64,000 nucleotides of DNA from Oligoflexia bacterium (GCA_903935335.1 CAIZRG010000029.1:5406-69405); one strand, 5' to 3'; shown: positions 26,247-36,366, counted from the first letter of the stretch. Numbers and translations: made by a program. Notes: generated by a model not told the origin, from the letters alone.

Positions 26247-27529
26247 ACCCAAGCCTCATCTCAAAATGGACATTGCTAGCATGGGTACTGCCTTTAGTCA
26301 CCCTAGAAGCATTCTTTTCTGGATCTGAAATCGCTTTGCTTTCAGCTGATAAACTTTATCTTTTGGAACAGTCAAAAGCAGGAAGCTCAAAATCAACTCT
26401 TGCTCTCAAAATTGCAGGCCATCCCGAACGAATTTTATCAACTACTCTTTTAATCACCAATCTCTGTATTGTTGGAATTTCAGCGATTATCTCTCTTTAT
26501 TTTCTTGAAAATTTTCATAAAAATCAAAATATTCTTGCAATTGCAGTGACTTCTCCTATCATTGTTTTTTTGGGAGAACTGATACCAAAAACTATATTTC
26601 AAAGAAATGCAAACACTCTAGCCCCATGGGTAGCTTATCCACTGCACTTCACTTATTGGCTTTTCTACCCAATCACCCGTGGACTTACTTATTACACAGC
26701 ACGTTTATCTCACCTCGTTGGACCCATCGAAGAGCTTCTAGCAGGGAGACGTAAGACAACTCGAGATGAAATTCGATCTCTTTTGACTTACAAAAAGAAT
26801 GAAACTGAAATTAAAACCACCGAAAAAGAAATGATTAAAAGAATTTTTGATTTTAGATACTCAGAAGCCAGACATGCTCTTATCCCTTTAGTTCGAGTTG
26901 AAGCAATCGAAGAATCATCTGATTTACATTTCGCATTAGAATGCTTTGAAAGGCATCGGCACAGCAGAATGCCTGTTTATTTAGAAAGAATTGATAATAT
27001 CATTGGAATTTTAGAGATTGCCGACTTGTTTTCTGTAAGCGATTTAAAACAACCCATCCGATCTTATATTACAAGAGCTCAATATGTCGCTGAAACTCAA
27101 CCTCTTCAAGACCTAATGATGGAAATGCGACGAAAAGACCATGAAATGGCTGTCGTCGTTGATGAACATGGGGGTGCTGTCGGAATTCTTACTTTTGAGG
27201 ATATTGTTGAAGAAATCGCAGGAGAGATCAATGATGAATTCGATTACGAATCTATGAGCTATAGAACTTTATCTGAATATTCATGGATAATTCAGGCTAC
27301 GATGGAAATTCAAAAAATTAATGAAGCCATCAAAATTGAAATTCCAGACGGAAATTATGAGACGCTTAGCGGTTTTTTGCTTCAACAATTCGGAAGAATT
27401 CCGGAAGCAAAAGACGAATTGTTTTTTGATACGCCGACTGGAGCTTATAAATTCACGATCCAAAGGGCAACTGAACGCCATATTGAAACTGTTGTTATTG
27501 AAAAACAAAAAAATTACAAAGAGGGTTGA
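26243..27529 (+). CDS. HlyC/CorC (CNNM) family transporter, paralogue of the upstream gene (start overlaps its stop by 4 nt)
   Basis: Same DUF21-CBS-CorC architecture; ATGA overlap at 26243..26246. Confidence 0.7.
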   Translation: MNPSLISKWTLLAWVLPLVTLEAFFSGSEIALLSADKLYLLEQSKAGSSKSTLALKIAGHPERILSTTLLITNLCIVGISAIISLYFLENFHKNQNILAIAVTSPIIVFLGELIPKTIFQRNANTLAPWVAYPLHFTYWLFYPITRGLTYYTARLSHLVGPIEELLAGRRKTTRDEIRSLLTYKKNETEIKTTEKEMIKRIFDFRYSEARHALIPLVRVEAIEESSDLHFALECFERHRHSRMPVYLERIDNIIGILEIADLFSVSDLKQPIRSYITRAQYVAETQPLQDLMMEMRRKDHEMAVVVDEHGGAVGILTFEDIVEEIAGEINDEFDYESMSYRTLSEYSWIIQATMEIQKINEAIKIEIPDGNYETLSGFLLQQFGRIPEAKDELFFDTPTGAYKFTIQRATERHIETVVIEKQKNYKEG

Positions 27530-27589
27530 AAATTATTTTTTTATTTTTTTTAAATCAAGTACACTATCTAAAGAGAGGCGTGTTTGCAC

Positions 27590-27994
27590 ATGGCCAAAAC
27601 AGTACTCATTGTAGATGATATTGAATTCGTACGAAAAACACTGTTAGAGATCTTAACTCAAGCTCACTATCAAGTCATTGGTGAAGCCACCGACGGAGCT
27701 CAAGCCATTGAGCTTTACATCAAACTTCGTCCAGATATTGTTACAATGGATATTGTCATGCCACAAATGAGCGGGCTTGAGGCTACTCGAAAAATACTAA
27801 AAATTGATAAAAAAGCTAAAGTCATCATTATTTCAGCGATGGGGCAAGAAAATCTTGTTATGGAAGCCATTGATATCGGGGCAAAAGACTATATTCTAAA
27901 ACCTTTTCATTCATCAGAAGTTGTAAAAACAATGGATCGTGCTCTTTCAGCTACCCATTCGGCTCTTGAGCGCGAAGCACCACAAAAAGGTTAA
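27590..27994 (+). CDS. Single-domain CheY-like response regulator
   Basis: MAKTVLIVDDIEF…DIVMPQMSG…KVIIISAMG…KDYILKPF; receiver domain only. Confidence 0.8.
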   Translation: MAKTVLIVDDIEFVRKTLLEILTQAHYQVIGEATDGAQAIELYIKLRPDIVTMDIVMPQMSGLEATRKILKIDKKAKVIIISAMGQENLVMEAIDIGAKDYILKPFHSSEVVKTMDRALSATHSALEREAPQKG

Positions 27995-27996
27995 TC

Positions 27997-28419
27997 TTGA
28001 TATCTATAGAACAACTTTTAAACGCTCTACCCCCAAATTTCCAATTTTACCACCTAGGGGAAGTAAAAATAAATTCTACACCCTCTCCTATACAAGATCC
28101 AGGGGCCATTGCGTATAGAATTTATGGTGAATTATCAGCTATTCTGATCCTTCTTTTTGACCGAGATTTAGATCATTCTATTTACTCAGAGTTAGGCAAC
28201 ATTATTGTAAGCCAACTGAGCCACCGAATCTCTACCGAAACTGGGCTTGAACTGATGGTTTCCAGTCCACAATTTTTAAATGCAGATCAGTTACAAAGAC
28301 TCAATCAATCCAATTGCCTCAAATTAAGTAGAAGCTACGGGCATTTTTTTCAAAATTCGGTTATTCCATTAGAAGCTGTCATACTGGCTGCGACGTTGGA
28401 GGAAATCGTCTATGTTTAA
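27997..28419 (+). CDS. CheX/CheC-like CheY-P phosphatase (candidate)
   Basis: Contains one exact copy of the CheC-family signature S-x3-E-x2-N-x22-P (SIYSELGN + 22 residues + P). Small (140 aa) and immediately follows the CheY-like gene after a 2-nt gap. Confidence 0.5.
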   Translation: MISIEQLLNALPPNFQFYHLGEVKINSTPSPIQDPGAIAYRIYGELSAILILLFDRDLDHSIYSELGNIIVSQLSHRISTETGLELMVSSPQFLNADQLQRLNQSNCLKLSRSYGHFFQNSVIPLEAVILAATLEEIVYV

Positions 28420-28795
28420 ACTCATGGGTTTTTGTATCAAACTACTGACTTTCTCTATTTTGATTCTGATTCTTGCAAACTCCCTCCACTGGAGGGGGAA
28501 AACAATCTCAGATCAGGTAAAAATTCAAATGTTTCATGCCGAACAATCTCCTTGGATAGGATCTATTCGAACTTGGGCTGAAAAAATCTCTCAAGATGCC
28601 CACAAGGGGATTCAGAAACAAACAGGTCAGTTTTTAGAGCATCATCCAGCTCGTCTTCAGGAAGACATTTCTTCATCGGAGAAACAAAAACTAAAAGCTC
28701 TAATCCATGAACTCAACTACTCTCATCCCAAGACAAAGACAAAGACAAAGACAAAGACAAAGATAAAAGGCGAAACAAAGAGTCAGTATAACTAG
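28412..28795 (+). CDS. Small signal-anchored protein with C-terminal (Lys-Thr)n tail
   Basis: N-terminal hydrophobic segment and C-terminus …HPKTKTKTKTKTKIKGETKSQYN encoded by the hexanucleotide repeat; overlaps the upstream gene by 8 nt. Confidence 0.45.
   Translation: MFKLMGFCIKLLTFSILILILANSLHWRGKTISDQVKIQMFHAEQSPWIGSIRTWAEKISQDAHKGIQKQTGQFLEHHPARLQEDISSSEKQKLKALIHELNYSHPKTKTKTKTKTKIKGETKSQYN
28730..28765 (+). repeat. (AAGACA)5 + AAGATA hexanucleotide microsatellite inside the CDS
   Basis: Read directly from the sequence; in-frame and encodes KT dipeptides. Confidence 0.9.
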
Positions 28796-28802
28796 CTCAA
28801 TC

Positions 28803-29066
28803 TTATCGACCCTTTGCAAGAGCAGCACCAGAATCTTTTTTCTTTCCCAGAAACTCACCCTGAAACTCAGAAGAAGGCGATAAAACTTTCTTCGAATCAG
28901 CCTCACACGTCACACTACCCGGAGGAAATAAACTCGGTTTATGGAACTCCCCTAAGGACCCTTGATCATTAGCTATGGAAGCAAAACCACTTAAACCAAA
29001 TACAGCTAATAGTAAAAACATAATTAAAAATGACACCGGCACTCTTTTTCTATTCATAACATCCAC
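28803..29066 (-). CDS. Hypothetical small secreted protein
   Basis: N-terminal signal peptide (VSFLIMFLLLAVFGLSGFASIA), 87 aa, no known domain. Confidence 0.35.
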   Translation of the reverse strand: MDVMNRKRVPVSFLIMFLLLAVFGLSGFASIANDQGSLGEFHKPSLFPPGSVTCEADSKKVLSPSSEFQGEFLGKKKDSGAALAKGR

Positions 29067-29290
29067 TCCTGTTTTCGTTCGTTCGAGTCAAGAAATGACT
29101 TTTTCAGCTCAAACCCTTGACTGCGCCCGACCTTGTGCAATAGAAGTGCCAAACACACAAACCCCCACCCTTTTCTGCAAGGTATGCAACTATTGAATAA
29201 GAAAGGTATTTTTTTAATGAAAAAAAACTAAGAAAATAATTTTGATGCTATAAAGTACAGATGTCAATTCGATCAACAGTCATTTAGATC

Positions 29291-29331
29291 TAAAAAAAAG
29301 CCTGACTCAGCCTCGTTGGACTGGGTCAGGC
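29291..29331 (-). terminator. Rho-independent terminator of hup (11-bp stem, 10-nt loop, followed by U8 on the minus strand)
   Basis: GCCTGACTCAG (29300..29310) pairs with CTGGGTCAGGC (29321..29331) with one G·U; the A8 tract on plus equals a U8 tract 3' of the hairpin on the minus transcript, 27 nt after the hup stop. Confidence 0.75.
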
Positions 29332-29357
29332 CGGAAATTTACTGGAAATGTAAAAGA

Positions 29358-29630
29358 TTATCTCAAGATATTCTTAAACTCACGACCTGGACGAAACTTT
29401 GGGACAGTCATTGCAGGAATCTTAATCTCCTTGCCTGTCTGAGGATTGCGACCCATTCGAGCCTTTCTTTTGGTCTTCGTAAATGTTCCAAAACCAATCA
29501 AAGTTACATCATCTCCTTTTTTCACACTCTTCTTAATGGTGTCTAATGCAGCATTCAAAATCATTTCTGCATCGACTTTAGTTGTTTTTGCATTCTTTGC
29601 TACTGCCTCGATCAACTGAGCCTTATTCAT
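29358..29630 (-). CDS. hup: DNA-binding protein HU
   Basis: MNKAQLIEAVA…GFGTFTKTKRKARMGRNPQTGKEIKIPA…; canonical 90-aa HU with beta-arm GRNPQTG. Confidence 0.92.
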   Translation of the reverse strand: MNKAQLIEAVAKNAKTTKVDAEMILNAALDTIKKSVKKGDDVTLIGFGTFTKTKRKARMGRNPQTGKEIKIPAMTVPKFRPGREFKNILR

Positions 29631-29797
29631 TTCTTCTATCTCCTTAACAGGTTTTTAACAATTAGGTATGCACCCCCGATTGAGACTTCCGTAGGGTATC
29701 TCTCGCTTGCAAGGCCCCTCGGGGCTAGCCAAGTCAAACATTGGTAGTGATGATGTCCAAATCTCAGCTCTCTGTCAACGCCCTAATAAGAAAAAAA

Positions 29798-30352
29798 TCA
29801 AATTTGACGGAGTATTTGCACATTTTTCAAGAGAATCTCTTCGCAGGGACGATCCGTAGAACCTGTTTGAACACTTCCCAATCTCCTAAGAACACTTTCT
29901 CCCTTGACCAGCTCTCCAAAAACAGTGTGCTTCCCATCAAGCCACGGAGTTGCTGCAAGAGTAATAAAAAACTGACTCCCGTTTGTGTTCGGACCCGCAT
30001 TAGCCATTGATAAAACCCCAGGTCCTTTATGTTTCAAGGTGGGATGAAACTCATCTTTAAAGCAATACCCAGGCCCTCCCATTCCAGTTCCTAACCGATC
30101 CCCTCCTTGAATCATGAAATCTTGAATCACCCGATGAAACACCGTTCCATCATAAAAAGGCTGCTTTGACTTTTTACCCGTACGAGAATCAATATACTCT
30201 TTCTCCCCCAAAGCTAGGCTGACAAAGTTTTTCACAGTCTCAGGAGCTTTCTCCTCTTCGAGCTTGCAAATCATCTCCCCCAAAGAGGTTTCAAAACACG
30301 CAAAAAGACCTTTGCCTAATCCTAGATTTTTTTTAGACTCTAAACTCATTCT
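29798..30352 (-). CDS. ppiB: Cyclophilin-type peptidyl-prolyl cis-trans isomerase
   Basis: KAPETVKNF…FHRVIQDFMIQGGD…GSQFFIT; start assigned at MSLES… by alignment to PpiB (the ORF track extends to 30400). Confidence 0.85.
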   Translation of the reverse strand, partial: RMSLESKKNLGLGKGLFACFETSLGEMICKLEEEKAPETVKNFVSLALGEKEYIDSRTGKKSKQPFYDGTVFHRVIQDFMIQGGDRLGTGMGGPGYCFKDEFHPTLKHKGPGVLSMANAGPNTNGSQFFITLAATPWLDGKHTVFGELVKGESVLRRLGSVQTGSTDRPCEEILLKNVQILRQI

Positions 30353-30413
30353 GGCTTCACTCCTTAACACGAGGTGGGTTAGAGTCCATTCAGGTACCAC
30401 AATTTCTCAATAC

Positions 30414-31220
30414 TCAAAAGTGAAAACCTAAGCCAGCTGCTCCCCAAACCCAAGTAGATCTCTCATCCAAAGCTGTCAAAGCTCCCCACTCAATATAAGC
30501 TGCTACATGATTTTTATAGAATAATGAAAAAGGATAATTAAGACCGATACTCCCTCCAGCCCATTGGCTTGCTCCAACCCATTGAAACGAAGGAACTCCT
30601 CCTCGAGCAAAGCGCAACCGAACTTCAGGTTCTATACGACTCTCCTGATAAAGCCGAACCACAGCACTTGCTGCCACCCAAGTACTCTGAGAAATCGAAA
30701 GAACTGCCCCCCCCAATGATAGTAAACGATGAAAATAGCCATAACTTCGAAGTGGCACACAAAAAGTCAGCTCACCTTCTCCTCCATAAGAAAATTTAGA
30801 TCTTTCATCAAAAAATTTATAAAGTGTGGTGTTCATCCCAACAAACCCCATCACACGCAAAACTCGAGCCCAAGAAGAGCGGGTTTCATCTCCCTCAACC
30901 TGAGGAGCTCCTATACCCGCTGCTTTTAATTCCTGGCTTAAGTCTGAAGAGGAAACATCGTTCACCATCACATAGCCGTAACTTGAATTGGGCAATAAAA
31001 TCTTATACCAATAGGTTCCCTCAGGATCAACAATCATCTTAGAACTCCCTCGCAGGACTGTTCCGCGAACAAAAGATGAAATCACTGAGGATTCACGATT
31101 TGGATGAGTGTAAGCCTCCAAAACAGATGAAATCACTGTCAATTTCTGATGTGCACTGGCTTGGTGACATGGCAACAATACAGCCAACCCAAGGACAAAG
31201 ACAAATGACCGAACAGTCAT
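30414..31220 (-). CDS. Putative outer-membrane beta-barrel protein with possible N-terminal SH3b-like module
   Basis: Signal peptide MTVRSFVFVLGLAVLLPCHQASA, alternating amphipathic beta-strand pattern, C-terminal …GLGFHF (aromatic terminal residue typical of OMPs). Confidence 0.45.
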   Translation of the reverse strand: MTVRSFVFVLGLAVLLPCHQASAHQKLTVISSVLEAYTHPNRESSVISSFVRGTVLRGSSKMIVDPEGTYWYKILLPNSSYGYVMVNDVSSSDLSQELKAAGIGAPQVEGDETRSSWARVLRVMGFVGMNTTLYKFFDERSKFSYGGEGELTFCVPLRSYGYFHRLLSLGGAVLSISQSTWVAASAVVRLYQESRIEPEVRLRFARGGVPSFQWVGASQWAGGSIGLNYPFSLFYKNHVAAYIEWGALTALDERSTWVWGAAGLGFHF

Positions 31221-31222
31221 CT

Positions 31223-31675
31223 TCACTCCATTCTGGTGTTGAGCTGCTTTAAAAGACAGCCCAATATTTTTGCATTCGAAGGATAACCTAATAAACTCGA
31301 AGCATCTTGAGCCGAAACCCACTTAAAGTCTACGTGTTCAGAAGGATCAACTTTGACTGAAACTAGAAAAGAGCCCTGTTCTGAAACATCTAAAGCAAAA
31401 CTATATTCCCGTATCTTTTGCCCACGACTCTCAAACTCAAACGGTCTCCCAATCGAATAAATTCCACCCGAAATGGCAATACCCGTTTCTTCTTGAGCTT
31501 CTCGAAGGGCAGCCTGCTCTAAACTCTCTCCTTCTTCTACACTTCCAGTAATAGGCTGCCAAAATCCCCCCCGATCAGGCCGGGTCTTGAGCAGTAAAAA
31601 CTGAGTACTTCGAAGTTGATGGCAATAAATCCAAACTTGTACTTTATACTTCAAGCCAGAATCACGATCGATCAT
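31223..31675 (-). CDS. nudB: NUDIX hydrolase, NudB-like (dihydroneopterin triphosphate diphosphatase type)
   Basis: FWQPITGSVEEGESLEQAALREAQEETGI matches the NudB Nudix box (FWQSVTGSVEEGETAPQAAMREVKEE). Confidence 0.7.
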   Translation of the reverse strand: MIDRDSGLKYKVQVWIYCHQLRSTQFLLLKTRPDRGGFWQPITGSVEEGESLEQAALREAQEETGIAISGGIYSIGRPFEFESRGQKIREYSFALDVSEQGSFLVSVKVDPSEHVDFKWVSAQDASSLLGYPSNAKILGCLLKQLNTRME

Positions 31676-31820
31676 AATAGTGCCATTTTCTATATTATTT
31701 TGACTTGATTAAAAATTAAAAATTGAAATTCAAACTTTTTCGTTGTATGAAGAATTTCATTCTTGAGTGGATTACAAATGAGACAGATATTAGATTGATC
31801 CATAACAAGAAAGCTGTTGT

Positions 31821-34058
31821 ATGAAAAGATTTAGTGTTCAAGGACAGCTCCTCACTCTCATGAGCTTTTCCCTGACAGCTTTGCTTGTCATCGTTGCTAT
31901 TGCAATCTGCAGTTTATCCCTCACTCAAACCTCCTTGAACCATTTTCGTCGTCAATCCCATTCCATAGGCTTAAGAAAAATGCAGACCCATTATCATCTA
32001 AGCCTTAAAAATCTTCTAGAAACTCTTCAGTCAACCGAAAACTCTAAAAACTTAGGTTCTTTAATACAAGTCCATCAAAACTTGAAAAAGCTTTTTTTAA
32101 AATTAAAACTGAACCACCAATTTTATGAATCACTCCCAAAAACTGAAGAAGAAGTTTTAATCTGGGGAAATATTAAAAAAACTCACCAAGAATTTATCCA
32201 ACTGGTTTTTTCTACTTTTCAGTCAAATAAACTCATCAACCCCTCTGACCTTAAGAATGAACAACAGAATAAATCCACAGCCCATTTCCAGAATTCTTTT
32301 TTAGCAATCATCCCTAAAGCCAATGAACTGAATACTCACTTAGATGAACTGATTGAATTACATAATCAAAACGATGATTTATCTTTGAAAAAAACTGAAA
32401 ACACTATTCTTTATCTGGGTATCACAGTTTCCTGGATCTCTGGACTCATGACTCTTTTTGTTCTTTTACTAGGATCCGCTGTCTTCCGAGGAATTATTGA
32501 CACTGTTGAAAGCTTGAAAAAAACTGATCGTTCCCTTCGCAAAAGTAAAGCAGTGCTAGAAACAGCTCTATCCAGCATGACTGATTCTATCCTGATCTCC
32601 AACCTTCAAGGAGAAGTCATTAACTGTAATCAAGCTTTTTTAAAGTCATTAAAAGTTAAAAGCAAAGAAGAATGTAATAAAAAATTATCTCATTACCACT
32701 TGTCATTTGATACCTATTCTCCTGACGGCTCTTTAGTCACGCCTGACCAATTTCCCCTTTCCCGAGCGCTTCGAGGAGAGTCTGTTTCTAATCTTGAGCA
32801 CACATGCCGGAACAAAGAGACAAACCAAATTTCTGTGAATCTTTATAGTTTTTCGCCGATTCGAAACACTGCAGACTCGATTGTTGGAGCAGTTGTTGTG
32901 GCTCATGATATTACAGAGCGCAAAGCAGTAGAAAACTCTCTTCGAAAAAGTGAGATTTTGCATCGAGCCCTCTTCGAAGCTCTGCCCTTAGGAATCGTTG
33001 TTGCAGATAACTCAGGTCAAATTATTACCTCTAACCCGACCACAGAGAAAGTCTTTGAGCTTTCTGTACGTGAACAAAAAAAATTCAAGATTGATGACTA
33101 TCAATGGAAGGTGATTCGACCTGACGGCTCTCCGATAGTCCCTGAAGAATTTGCCAGCGTACGCGCTTTAAAAGAACAAAAACTGATTGCTAATATGGAG
33201 ATAGGAGTAGTGAGAAAACAAGGTGATGTAGCCTGGTTCCTTGTAACTGCGATCCCTCTTCCTAAACACGGAATTGTAGTCAACTACGAAGACATAACTG
33301 AAAGAAAACAGCTTGAAAATGAGCTCCGCGCTGCGGTTGAACTCCGGGATGAGTTTATCTCGATTGCTTCCCATGAGCTCAAAACTCCATTAGCTGCCTT
33401 GCAAATGCAAATTCAGTTTCAAAATCAGCTTTTAGCCACAGAAAGCCAAATCCAGGAACCACGGATCGCCTTACTCAGTCAAAGCGCGTATCGATCCGCC
33501 CAGTCCCTCAATAAGCTTTTAGATGAACTCCTGGATGTCACGCGAATTCGAGCTGGAAAATTAAAATTAGAACCCCTCGAGATGGACTTAAGAAGCATGG
33601 CCATTGAAACCATTGCCCTCGCTCAAAACTGTGCCAAACAAAAAGGAAGTTCCATCATTCTAAAAGCAAGTGCACCTGTCATTGGGAAATGGGATCCAAT
33701 CCGAATGAATCAAGTTCTTTCTAATCTGCTCTCAAACGCTATTAAATATGGCCAAGGCAAGCCCATTGAAGTTACATTAATAACCTCTCCTCATTCAAAA
33801 AAAGCTCAAATCATAGTCAAAGATCAAGGGATTGGTATTTCAGAGGATATTCAAGCTAAGATTTTTGAACGTTTTCAAAGAGGAGTATCGAGCAACAAAA
33901 TTACAGGGCTGGGCTTAGGCCTCTATATTACACGTCAGATTATTGATGCCCATGGGGGCACCATTCAAGTTCAAAGTGAACTGGATCATGGATCAGTTTT
34001 CATTGTAGATCTTCCCAAGACTGCTCATGCTCTTGAAGCCATTCCTTCTTCAGCCTAA
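31821..34058 (+). CDS. Membrane-anchored PAS-domain sensor histidine kinase
   Basis: Two TM segments, two PAS blocks, HisKA (FISIASHELKTPL) and HATPase_c (GLGLGLYITRQIIDAHGGTI). Confidence 0.85.
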   Translation: MKRFSVQGQLLTLMSFSLTALLVIVAIAICSLSLTQTSLNHFRRQSHSIGLRKMQTHYHLSLKNLLETLQSTENSKNLGSLIQVHQNLKKLFLKLKLNHQFYESLPKTEEEVLIWGNIKKTHQEFIQLVFSTFQSNKLINPSDLKNEQQNKSTAHFQNSFLAIIPKANELNTHLDELIELHNQNDDLSLKKTENTILYLGITVSWISGLMTLFVLLLGSAVFRGIIDTVESLKKTDRSLRKSKAVLETALSSMTDSILISNLQGEVINCNQAFLKSLKVKSKEECNKKLSHYHLSFDTYSPDGSLVTPDQFPLSRALRGESVSNLEHTCRNKETNQISVNLYSFSPIRNTADSIVGAVVVAHDITERKAVENSLRKSEILHRALFEALPLGIVVADNSGQIITSNPTTEKVFELSVREQKKFKIDDYQWKVIRPDGSPIVPEEFASVRALKEQKLIANMEIGVVRKQGDVAWFLVTAIPLPKHGIVVNYEDITERKQLENELRAAVELRDEFISIASHELKTPLAALQMQIQFQNQLLATESQIQEPRIALLSQSAYRSAQSLNKLLDELLDVTRIRAGKLKLEPLEMDLRSMAIETIALAQNCAKQKGSSIILKASAPVIGKWDPIRMNQVLSNLLSNAIKYGQGKPIEVTLITSPHSKKAQIIVKDQGIGISEDIQAKIFERFQRGVSSNKITGLGLGLYITRQIIDAHGGTIQVQSELDHGSVFIVDLPKTAHALEAIPSSA

Positions 34059-34086
34059 GGACATTCAAACTTAATGGCTGCATCTC

Positions 34087-36366
34087 TTACTTTTTAAAAC
34101 GACTGAGAATATCCCTGGTGGCTAAAGTCGCCATATGAGTAATCTCGGTAACACTTGAATTCTGAGCTAAAACATAAACAGGTTTTTTCATACCCAACAA
34201 AATGGGACCAATCACCTCAGCTTCAGCTAACTGCCCCATGAGCTTGTAAGCAATATTAGCAGATTGAAGATCAGGAAAAATTAAGACATTTGCATCTCCA
34301 GAAACTCGATTAAACGGGAAACTCGTAGCTGAAATCTCTGATTGAAGAGCCGTATCAGCCTGCATCTCCCCATCCACTAACTGATCTGGGTCGGTTTGAC
34401 GAATTTTCTCAGTAGCTTTTTGAACCTTCTCCACTAAATGATGATGGTTGGACCCAAAATTAGAAAATGACAGCATTGCAATCTTAGGTTCTTCAACCAT
34501 AAATTGAGCTGCAAATCGAGCAGTTTGAATGGCAATATCTGCAAGATCTTGGGCAGAAGGCTCAATATTGACTGTAGTATCGGCAAACCAAAAAATCCGC
34601 TTTTTAAGAATAACCAGATAAACTCCGACCAGCTTGGAACCGGAAGTAACCCCAACTGCATGAATAGCAGGGCGAATCGTTTCGGGGTAACTCTGAGAAA
34701 CACCATTCAAAACTCCATCCGCATCCCCCGCCTCAAGCATCATCAACCCAAAATAACGAGTCTGCTGAACCATTTCTCGAGCTTGAACTAACGTCATTCC
34801 TTTTCTGATTCTTTTTTCAAACAAAAGAGAAGCATAAGCAGTCATTTTTTCACTCTTTGCAGGCTGAATCAAAATAACTTCATCTAAAGTATTTCCTAAT
34901 TCCATTTCATGAATTTTTTTTCGAATTTTTTCTTCATCCCCAAGAAGAATAGGGAGCGCAATCTGTTCCTCGCACAAAAACCGAGCTGCTTTTAAAATGG
35001 AGGGATGCTCCCCTTCTGGAAACACTAACCGTGGAACTCTAAGCTCAGCGCGGCCATCTTCCAAACGTCTTTTAACCGATCGCATAAAAGTGTAGCTTGC
35101 TCCAAGTAAAGTCTCAAGCCACTCTCGGTATTTTTTAAGATCCACTCGCTTTCTAGCTACACCTGAATTCATAGCTGCCTGAGCAACAGCAGGAGCCACC
35201 CATAAGAGGGCTCGCTGATCAAAAGGCTTAGGGATCAGGTACTCCCTACCAAAATGGAATTGATTACCCCCATAAGCTCGGATCACATTTTCAGGAACTT
35301 CTTCCTTAGCCAGTTGAGCAATAGCCCGAACGGCTGCAAGCTTCATCTCTTCATTAATCATCGTTGCTTGAATGTCCAAAGCACCTCGGAAGATAAAGGG
35401 AAATCCAAGAACATTATTGACCTGGTTAGGATAATCTGACCGACCCGTTGCCATGATAGCATCTGAGCGCACCTGAAAAACCTCTTCCGGAAGAACTTCT
35501 GGATCTGGATTGGCCATTGCGAAAATAATAGGGTCTTGGGCCATCTGAACAATCATTTCAGCATTGAGAGCTCCTTGAGCCGACAAACCAATCACTGCAT
35601 CCGCTCCCCGAAGTACTTCGTAAAGAGTTCTAAAGTGGGTTTTCCGAGCAAAAGCTTGCTTATAAGGGTTCATCGATTCGAGTCGACCTTCATAAATGAC
35701 CCCCTGTAAATCTGTCATCACTAAATTCTCAGGACGAACCCCAAGCTGCAAAAACATTCGAGCAGAGGAGATGCAAGCAGCCCCTCCCCCAACAAAAACA
35801 CATTTTACTTGTTCAATACGTTTTCCTACAATTTCCAAAGCATTTAAGAACGCAGCGCCACAAATAATGGCTGTTCCATGCTGATCATCATGAAAAACGG
35901 GGATCTTGAGCCGCTTTTTGAGCTCTTCTTCAATAAAAAAACACTCAGGTGCTTTAATATCTTCAAGATTAATTCCTCCAAAAGTAGGCTCTAGCATCTG
36001 ACAAGCTTGGATGACATCTTCAGGTCTAGGAGCGTTTAACTCAATATCAAAGACATCAATATCAGCAAATTTTTTAAATAAAACAGCTTTACCTTCCATC
36101 ACCGGCTTTGCAGCATAAGGACCGATATTCCCCAAACCCAAAACGGCCGTTCCATTGGATACTACCGCAACCAAATTCCCCTTCGCAGTGTGCTCATACA
36201 CGCAATCTTCCTGATCGGCAATCCTACGACAAAAATCAGAAGCTTCGAATAAAACGTCAGAAAGCACGAGTTCAGCAAGGTTAGATACTGGACTTGAAGG
36301 AACAACTTCAATTTTGCCTTTTCTTCCACTCGAATGATAGGCAAGAGCATCTTTGTAAATAGTCAT
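34087..36366 (-). CDS. maeB: NADP-dependent malic enzyme (malic enzyme + C-terminal phosphotransacetylase-like domain)
   Basis: Malic-enzyme NAD(P)-binding motifs (VFVGGGAACI) plus ~330-aa PTA-like C-terminal domain; length ~760 aa as for MaeB. Confidence 0.85.
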   Translation of the reverse strand: MTIYKDALAYHSSGRKGKIEVVPSSPVSNLAELVLSDVLFEASDFCRRIADQEDCVYEHTAKGNLVAVVSNGTAVLGLGNIGPYAAKPVMEGKAVLFKKFADIDVFDIELNAPRPEDVIQACQMLEPTFGGINLEDIKAPECFFIEEELKKRLKIPVFHDDQHGTAIICGAAFLNALEIVGKRIEQVKCVFVGGGAACISSARMFLQLGVRPENLVMTDLQGVIYEGRLESMNPYKQAFARKTHFRTLYEVLRGADAVIGLSAQGALNAEMIVQMAQDPIIFAMANPDPEVLPEEVFQVRSDAIMATGRSDYPNQVNNVLGFPFIFRGALDIQATMINEEMKLAAVRAIAQLAKEEVPENVIRAYGGNQFHFGREYLIPKPFDQRALLWVAPAVAQAAMNSGVARKRVDLKKYREWLETLLGASYTFMRSVKRRLEDGRAELRVPRLVFPEGEHPSILKAARFLCEEQIALPILLGDEEKIRKKIHEMELGNTLDEVILIQPAKSEKMTAYASLLFEKRIRKGMTLVQAREMVQQTRYFGLMMLEAGDADGVLNGVSQSYPETIRPAIHAVGVTSGSKLVGVYLVILKKRIFWFADTTVNIEPSAQDLADIAIQTARFAAQFMVEEPKIAMLSFSNFGSNHHHLVEKVQKATEKIRQTDPDQLVDGEMQADTALQSEISATSFPFNRVSGDANVLIFPDLQSANIAYKLMGQLAEAEVIGPILLGMKKPVYVLAQNSSVTEITHMATLATRDILSRFKK

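Noticed and set aside
28730-28765. Possibility that the (AAGACA)n tract is a CRISPR array or part of an IS element
   Set aside because: Only ~6 contiguous 6-nt units with no spacers and no cas or transposase genes in the window. It is an intragenic microsatellite.
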